Shown: positions 58,701 through 64,000 of the stretch, in pieces
Position numbering within the stretch: the first letter of the stretch is position 1
How the letters are laid out: every line of letters begins with the position of its first letter
Source: Spirochaetota bacterium
GTDB taxonomy: Bacteria; Spirochaetota; GWE2-31-10; MWDO01
Reading direction: 5' to 3'
Length of the DNA: 64,000 nt
NCBI GenBank assembly: GCA_031549085.1
Contig: JAVBQL010000018.1
Location: forward strand, 13,917-77,916
Notes under the pieces: model-generated
Told to the model about the DNA's origin: nothing
Databases searched by the model: none
What the model saw: only the letters and a program-made list of their open reading frames with translations
Position numbers and translations under genes: made by a program

Positions 58701-59995
58701 TACGTATTTTTGGGTCAACTGCTCTTAGGTCTTATTATAGAGCAACAAACTCTGCTTATAAATGGGATACCCCGATGAGTGAGTTATCTGATAATTTACA
58801 GTATGTTATGGGTGTTTATTATGATCTTGAAGCAATTAGTCAAACTGTGGATTTTGATGATTTTCAAAAGGCTTTAGATAAAAAGAGGGTAAAAAAATTA
58901 ACACAGGAAGAGGCTGATTATTTAGAAGATGCTAACTGGCATACCTTATTAAGGTATCTGGGGAAGATGGGTTTAGCATCAAGTCTAAAAAAGCATAATC
59001 TAAAGAATTCTATTGAAGGATACATTGGTGGTTTTAAAATTATTAAATCATCCTCTTTTAAAGTAGGAACACTTCCTGATGCAATGGTAAAAAATTTTCA
59101 AGAGAAGAGTTTTGAAGATTATTCATCTGCAAGGCGTTATCTTTTAGATTCAATTCAAAGTTATATAAAATATATAAAGACTAATACAAACAAGTTTAGT
59201 GATCCACATTCTTTGCAGGCTCGTTTAGAGTTAGAAGAAGAATTTTGGTCTAAGCAGGCTGAAGGAATTAGAAGTAATAAAAATAATATAAAATCACATG
59301 AGAAAAAAACTTGTGGGTCATGTATTCATAGAGATCCAGAGGATGGCCAATGTTTTGTAGACTCTTACGGTTTGAAAGTTGATGCTGATGATGAGGATAT
59401 TTGTGATTATTATAACGGGGAGTCTGATTGGATAAAAAAACGTTTTCCTAGAGATAATTCTAATTCAACTTCTAGTGGCAAGTCTTATAGGGTTATAGGA
59501 ATTAAAAATAATAAAAAGATAGTTATAACACAATCTAAAAATAAAGACTTAGTGAATAGAGTAGCTAGTAAGCATAGAAGCAGTGGCATATATTCTGAAG
59601 TCATTATAGAGAGTGGTAATGAGGTAACCAAATATAACGGAGGTAATACTCAAACAGATTTATCTAATTTAGAAGGATATCTCTCTTGGTTACAGATTTT
59701 TATAGGAGATATTCATAACGGATTATATAGAATGAAACCTCGTGATAGAACTGTAGGTTTTAAGCAGGTTCTTAATTTTTTGGATGAGATGTATAAAAAG
59801 ACTATGGATATTGTTAATCGTTATGGAAATGAATCTAACCAAGGGGAGTTGGGACAAATAGTAAGACTTATAAAGAATGCAAAATCCTCTATTACAAACT
59901 TTTTTGAAGATCCTATTGACGATGAGGCAACTTATTCAGATGTCTTTAGTTATTTAAGCAAGATATTAGAAATAGCAGAATCTTTAGGTGAGTAA
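55727..59995 (+). CDS. very large virion-associated protein (1422 aa); portal-containing fusion or polyvalent structural protein?
   Basis: Position directly after TerL. Acidic, coiled-coil-rich, C-terminal Cys cluster (CGSCIHRDPEDGQCF...ICDYY). No motif assignable by eye. Confidence 0.35.
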   Translation: MSEFVMNTAGKIQSNLNYPADYEDSGLFKYSALMREAQKIAKLYGYREDGYYHEGDDLAIHFKGETLIDKDTLYDINSEWESLVNNFGEVNFYPNEENPSESSSLVFYYFVYSHLLIEREARDDEVNSSKNTKSVKSNSFNSNEDFLEWFNKSTDEDMDFKPSTEMSVFVEGEEFSSPQEAKDIIDELLDVELDESENKVLDEALVDNPIVEDILIEDDSITITFTEDVINQDYHRFKKIDIDQYMLFSEKNLNINIEGKIINFSGSNSNSESDFLYRAILNQSYQEYQKQGHPLLSDSLEPLRNIIKYNLLKRYSSIFRDCNTPIRCESEDEHLKDKAVNEFMNTHNEYPDSSDDWQEVAQIMGRMKEEAGVVTSDNNEPATQEEITEEPAFFEGTLTEEIPDEENSLVSWINQSAYHGFLFEESYNEFMSFKQRIPSTKNDFNYLVFKSSLKLNDFKKNPRRDFIVESNFINLYWHNIILSRYFLGKEGQVKGIFSHWKNKSPDHTIAWMEAENKFKLLNNQEPETSRDWAVVTSTAKKYIDRVVETNSVVSMPNIAHLGIIEESKKLQTSLYQVIGVNKDESGKKHEYIIDCVRTKSEADMYEPMYKNQYSEGIIIKEHKHFGFGLDLMEELVSSFDIRKSLVSKKRQVLSQLSLSLLGDSKFKVISSILSFVKYLNKPLMKKLVNNYSIVMSRVLKNLLGSNIKSFLTLRDYPLINRRVVSGLFINNSFTLHTEEDFDVTQADTFTKWLNKNSDSFVSQYVDKFTRLTGKTHPTTTEEFISILKSAGSLISEDLETSFRILPLGEVEAEKLESTFYSDNFLRVYNYNLHSLMSAKAFIRTEADLKDSKKETIGWWLASTDENVAFNTLDSWQSWNDGALPSTSDELVRFLLLGNSHLFGNEELLNIFKELPDGSSWGEGQSVIDAFSNSSIEEDEDDDKDDVGFKELAVAQCEKIRKSNFNDRLVEYQDTYKIAFQSDTSREVKSRALRIFGSTALRSYYRATNSAYKWDTPMSELSDNLQYVMGVYYDLEAISQTVDFDDFQKALDKKRVKKLTQEEADYLEDANWHTLLRYLGKMGLASSLKKHNLKNSIEGYIGGFKIIKSSSFKVGTLPDAMVKNFQEKSFEDYSSARRYLLDSIQSYIKYIKTNTNKFSDPHSLQARLELEEEFWSKQAEGIRSNKNNIKSHEKKTCGSCIHRDPEDGQCFVDSYGLKVDADDEDICDYYNGESDWIKKRFPRDNSNSTSSGKSYRVIGIKNNKKIVITQSKNKDLVNRVASKHRSSGIYSEVIIESGNEVTKYNGGNTQTDLSNLEGYLSWLQIFIGDIHNGLYRMKPRDRTVGFKQVLNFLDEMYKKTMDIVNRYGNESNQGELGQIVRLIKNAKSSITNFFEDPIDDEATYSDVFSYLSKILEIAESLGE

Positions 59996-60019
59996 TTTAA
60001 ATTAAAAGGAGTCAGAATT

Positions 60020-62263
60020 ATGTATAATCCAAATAATAGTATTAAATCAACTAGAGTAGATACAGATTTCGGGAACTTTGAGGCTATAGGAAATTTAGTA
60101 CAAGATCAGCCTCTATTTGTAATTAAAGTATGGCAAGGTAGTGGTTATGTTATTGAAAGATTTATTGTGAATGCTACTTCGGAAGAGGAAGCACTTGAGA
60201 AGACTTTTAATTTTATAAAGGGTAATACACATTATAAAAACCTTGATCAGACAGAACTTGCTTGGAAGGAAGAGCTGGATGAAGGAGATGAGTCGTCTTT
60301 TTTTACTCTTGATGGAGGATTTTATGTTTGGGCTGAAAATCTTGCAGTTGTAGAAGTATCTTGGGATAAATGGCAATCCATACAACCAAGTGGTAAAAGT
60401 TCTAATTTAAAAGAGCTTAGTAGTAGTAAAAACCTTAAGTCAGGTGAAAATATAAAAGAAGTCTATAAACAAATAGAGCAATTTTTTAGAGCTCCTGTAG
60501 GAGTTGTAGACAGTGTTGTTTTTGATGGCTCTGATGAAGATATGAGCCGTTTTAATGTCTCTTTACAAAAATACGCAAGCTGGAATAATGACAATAGAGA
60601 ACTTTCAGATGAGTGGTATAATAGATTTAAAAATAGAATTAAGTCATCTTTAACTAAGCCTAGTCTTTTTATGAAAGGTTCACGGGTAGTAAAAAAATCA
60701 GCTTTAGAATCAATTAAAAAGTTTGTTGTGTCTGAAAACATTAATCAGGCTAAATTTGAAAAAGGTAATAAAGTAAAATTTAGAGACACTTTATCTAAAA
60801 AATTTGGGGATGCTATAGGCAAGATTACTGAACTTATAGATAAAGCAAAGGGTTTATTTCAAGTTACTTGGGACGATGGAACAACATCTACCGAGGTTGA
60901 CTATGATTTAGTAATGGCGTCTAAATTCTTTAAACTTAATTCTAACGATGAAATAGAAACTATTTTTGATAATAATCAAGATAACATACTTGAAGGAGGA
61001 ACTAATGAAGATATCAATAATTTCAACGAAGGTGAAGATATCACTGGGATAATGGCTTTAGATATCAATAATGTAGATGCTTTATTAATATCACCATCAC
61101 AATTTATTGGAGAGGAAGGTAGCAACGGTGATTGTTTTGTTAATATATCTATAATGACAGGAGATAGCGAAGATCCATCAGTTTTAGTAGCAGATACCTC
61201 AATTTCTGCCTATATCCCTTTATCAACTTTAGATGAATGGGGCGTTGATTCAGGCGAAGTAAAACTAATAGATAATATAGAAGAAATACGAGATGTTTTA
61301 GAAACTGTGAAGGACACTGATGATTATTCTGTATCTACTTCTAATATAGTTATCAACAAAATCCTCTACCCTAAAAACTCTAACAATGCTTATAAGATAT
61401 TTAATAGCAAGTTTGGTCTTATAGCTCTAAAATGTAAAAAAATAGGCAGTTCAAAAAATATCAAACCAAAAGATACTAATAGCAGTAATTCTCTCAAATC
61501 ATCATCTTTTAAAACTGATAAAGAAGCTATAAAGATAGCAGAAAAGGTTTTGAATGCTTTTTTCAATAGGGATGACTTCAGATGGTGTGGTTCTTTTGAG
61601 GAGGAGGATGAGTGGCATACTTCTTTCGTAGTTAAAAATGCTTTTGATCTTAATGACCTACCTCGATTTAATGAACTTTGGAAAAAAGAGGGGGGGATTA
61701 GGGTATATAAAGGCTATACAGATACAGAAATTATCTTTGTTTGCAATATGCCTAATGATTTTGTTTTGTCCAATAAATCTTTCACATCAAATGATATGAC
61801 CTTTTTCAAAAAAATGGATTCTAACTACTATCTGTCTGCGGATGGATTTAAGGTTAAATCCTCTCATTTAACAAAGCTAGGCTACCCTAAATATATCGTG
61901 ATGGCGTCAGACTTTAAAAAGAGTTTTGCAGAAAAGACTACTCTCAAGTTAGGAGATTTTGAGAAAGTGCTATCTGAAAAACTTGATAAATCTATAGTTT
62001 CTAGACTGGTTAAATGCATTAAATTACAAAGTGAAAAAATTAAGTCCTTGCAGTCTAATAGGAACAATATATTTCAAGGAAAGGTTGAACAAACTAATCA
62101 ATTACTAGCAGAGATTGAAAGGCTTAAAAAGGATAACTTTAAACTTAATCAGTCTTTAGTAAAAACTCAAAGTTTTATTGGCAGTAAGAAATCATTAAAA
62201 CTTGGTTTATCAGAATATAAAGATGATTCAAATAAAAAGAGTGATGATGAGTCTATATTCTAG
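60020..62263 (+). CDS. structural/morphogenesis protein (747 aa) with C-terminal coiled coil
   Basis: C-terminal heptads (LLAEIERLKKDNFKLNQSL). Position in the late module. Confidence 0.3.
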   Translation: MYNPNNSIKSTRVDTDFGNFEAIGNLVQDQPLFVIKVWQGSGYVIERFIVNATSEEEALEKTFNFIKGNTHYKNLDQTELAWKEELDEGDESSFFTLDGGFYVWAENLAVVEVSWDKWQSIQPSGKSSNLKELSSSKNLKSGENIKEVYKQIEQFFRAPVGVVDSVVFDGSDEDMSRFNVSLQKYASWNNDNRELSDEWYNRFKNRIKSSLTKPSLFMKGSRVVKKSALESIKKFVVSENINQAKFEKGNKVKFRDTLSKKFGDAIGKITELIDKAKGLFQVTWDDGTTSTEVDYDLVMASKFFKLNSNDEIETIFDNNQDNILEGGTNEDINNFNEGEDITGIMALDINNVDALLISPSQFIGEEGSNGDCFVNISIMTGDSEDPSVLVADTSISAYIPLSTLDEWGVDSGEVKLIDNIEEIRDVLETVKDTDDYSVSTSNIVINKILYPKNSNNAYKIFNSKFGLIALKCKKIGSSKNIKPKDTNSSNSLKSSSFKTDKEAIKIAEKVLNAFFNRDDFRWCGSFEEEDEWHTSFVVKNAFDLNDLPRFNELWKKEGGIRVYKGYTDTEIIFVCNMPNDFVLSNKSFTSNDMTFFKKMDSNYYLSADGFKVKSSHLTKLGYPKYIVMASDFKKSFAEKTTLKLGDFEKVLSEKLDKSIVSRLVKCIKLQSEKIKSLQSNRNNIFQGKVEQTNQLLAEIERLKKDNFKLNQSLVKTQSFIGSKKSLKLGLSEYKDDSNKKSDDESIF

Positions 62264-62310
62264 TCGGGGGTTATTTTAATTGTAATTATTTTAGTTAAGG
62301 GGTTATTAGT

Positions 62311-63678
62311 ATGAGTGGGTTTATAAAAGAGATTAAAGAGGCATTAGATATAATTTCTATTAAGGGTTTTATCGAACCAGTTAGGAGTGAAAGGGGTTTA
62401 AATGAGGAGCTATTTCATTTAACTAGCAAGAATAAAAACATAGATTTAAGAGTTAATGATAATGCAGATGTTGTAATTCACTCTTTATTTAATGATGCTG
62501 TAACCATTTTGAACAGAGTTCCAACAGACTTCGTTATGCGAGTTATAATGCAGTCATTGTCATCTGGCTCTTACCATCCATCAAAAGAGATTAAGTCTTT
62601 TTTCAATAGAATCAATTTTGACCAAACTTTTTCTAATGTTGTTTTACATCCTGACTCTTTTATAAAAGAGGGTGTAATCTACACAGATTTAAATGGTAAG
62701 AAATATCTACATCAAGAGGATCATAGAATTTCTCTCTATATATGGAGAAGGCTTTTTGATCTTAATAAAGAGAATGAGATGATAACTTTCCCTAATCTAA
62801 CTTTTAGTGATGAAAAAATAGCAGTTGCTAATTCTATAAAGCTTACATCGGGCATTTCAGAGGATGATTTAGTAAGTGTAAAGTCATCTGGTTTTGGAGT
62901 TCCAGATATAATGGAGGGGTTAAATTCTTACGTTCCGATAAGAATAGGTAAAGATGATTTAAAGGAGAGTGTTAATTCATCTTTAGAGAGTAATAATCTT
63001 CAGGTAGACTTTTATGGCTTTAGTAATACTAATTTACAAAAAGCTATTCTCTTTAGCTCTATTTTTAATATTAACACAGCAAAAGACTTATATCAAAGAG
63101 CATCAGAGAGTGGCAAGGATAATACAAAGTTGGTTAAAAATAATATAGACTCTTTTGAGGTAGTCTTATTACAAGAGGGGGATAATAAATATAAACTTCA
63201 GATATCTTCTAAAAGCTTTTTCAAAGATAATTATGACACTTTCAAAGTTTCATCTTACTACATACCTGTTAATCAGCAATCCTTAGAAAAGGATTTTGCT
63301 TTTTTAGGACTTAAGAATGCAGTTGATCAAGAGTATATGAAAAAAGAGTATGCTTTCACAGGCATATCAGATTTTACTCAAAAAAAGGTTTTTTCAAAAG
63401 ATACAAAAGAGTTTGCTCTGCTTAAGGACATAGTTAACTATGGTAGTACAAAAGCAATAAGTTCTAATATTAATAAAACTCCAAAACCTCTTTTTTCATT
63501 TGTTAAGAGGTTCTTTTCTATCGTTAAGTCTGGAGCTAATGCGAGTGACTATACTATTCTGGTTATGGATACGAATGGTTTTAGAGAGGAAAAAAGTATG
63601 AGAGAATTCTTAAAGAATAATAAACTGCCAGAACTCTATACCAATTTAGATAAAATTACAATGATAGCTTTTATGTAG
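62311..63678 (+). CDS. structural protein (455 aa), capsid-module candidate
   Basis: Size and position only. Confidence 0.25.
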   Translation: MSGFIKEIKEALDIISIKGFIEPVRSERGLNEELFHLTSKNKNIDLRVNDNADVVIHSLFNDAVTILNRVPTDFVMRVIMQSLSSGSYHPSKEIKSFFNRINFDQTFSNVVLHPDSFIKEGVIYTDLNGKKYLHQEDHRISLYIWRRLFDLNKENEMITFPNLTFSDEKIAVANSIKLTSGISEDDLVSVKSSGFGVPDIMEGLNSYVPIRIGKDDLKESVNSSLESNNLQVDFYGFSNTNLQKAILFSSIFNINTAKDLYQRASESGKDNTKLVKNNIDSFEVVLLQEGDNKYKLQISSKSFFKDNYDTFKVSSYYIPVNQQSLEKDFAFLGLKNAVDQEYMKKEYAFTGISDFTQKKVFSKDTKEFALLKDIVNYGSTKAISSNINKTPKPLFSFVKRFFSIVKSGANASDYTILVMDTNGFREEKSMREFLKNNKLPELYTNLDKITMIAFM

Positions 63679-63705
63679 ACTGCTACTTTAAAGGAGATTT
63701 ACTTA

Positions 63706-64000
63706 ATGGTTGATTTTGCAACTTTTATTTTTAATAATTTAAGCAAGGTCATCTTGGATCTAAATTTTAAACTAACAAAGAGTGGTGGCCATAGCAATGA
63801 TGTTAATTTAGATATTGGAAGAGATAGTGGAAAAATAGATTTCACTCTCTTCATAGATGACACTTCAATACAAGTTAAAAAAATCTCTTTTGAGTTAGAG
63901 ACAGAGCTAGAGAAAGAGTATTCTATAGGTACTACTTTTCAAAGTCAGGTGGAGTTACTTGATCTGCTGTATATTATCTTCTCTTTATATAAAGAGGGTT
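63706..64000 (+). CDS. hypothetical protein, 3' end outside window
   Basis: ORF is open to the window end. Confidence 0.3.
   Translation, partial: MVDFATFIFNNLSKVILDLNFKLTKSGGHSNDVNLDIGRDSGKIDFTLFIDDTSIQVKKISFELETELEKEYSIGTTFQSQVELLDLLYIIFSLYKEG

Larger units (their letters stand above)
32169..64000 (+). mobile_element. phage-derived region (prophage or large integrated phage segment), runs to the window end and probably beyond
   Basis: Uninterrupted same-strand block of tightly packed ORFs containing recombination, replication, methylation, chaperone, sigma and packaging genes (details in the entries below). No integrase in the window and the left boundary is not defined. Confidence 0.75.

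Noticed and set aside
1-64000. CRISPR arrays, rRNA genes or transposase/IS elements
   Set aside because: No regularly spaced direct repeats, no rRNA-like conserved stretches and no transposase-like ORF were seen on either strand.

Overview
The window is AT-rich (about 30% GC) bacterial DNA from a diderm organism, possibly a spirochaete-like lineage (guessed from WG/KWG-type repeats); it carries TonB and TonB-dependent receptor, LolA-like and RodZ-like genes. It splits into two parts.

**Chromosomal backbone, about 1 to 32.1 kb.** Housekeeping genes include map (3' end), pth, tilS, tatD, tonB plus a TonB-dependent receptor, rluD-like, cysE, a PilZ-domain protein, hslO, rimO, aroQ and uvrB. There is a TPR / NHL-vWA / lipoprotein / M23-peptidase cluster. 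Seven tRNA genes lie on the minus strand in transcription order Pro-Arg-His-Arg-Lys-Leu-Gly with a clean intrinsic terminator. A PhzF-family gene and a beta-helix-repeat gene follow.

**Phage-like region, 32.17 kb to the end of the window (at least 32 kb).** Every ORF is on the plus strand and the region runs off the window edge. It looks like a large T4-type replication, recombination and late-gene layout.
- Recombination genes: a RuvC-like resolvase, a RecA/UvsX-like ATPase, and a Rad50/SbcC-like ATPase encoded as three consecutive ORFs broken right after a CxxC zinc hook. An Mre11/SbcD-like phosphoesterase sits 6 kb away.
- Replication genes: a DnaN-like sliding clamp, a Toprim protein and an AAA+ clamp-loader subunit.
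- Other: an orphan Dam methyltransferase, a DUF4406 protein and a GroES (cpn10) homolog.
- Late module: a sigma-70 region-2-like factor placed just before the packaging genes, a TerL-like large terminase, a 1422-aa ORF and further large structural ORFs.
- Intrinsic terminators punctuate the region.

No integrase, DNA polymerase, helicase, CRISPR array or rRNA was seen in the window. I could not define the left boundary of the phage or its attachment site. Several small regulatory elements are proposed from sequence, including bidirectional terminators and a possible B12-element-like leader upstream of the tonB-receptor pair. No homology searches were possible, so all functional calls rest on motifs I could read directly.
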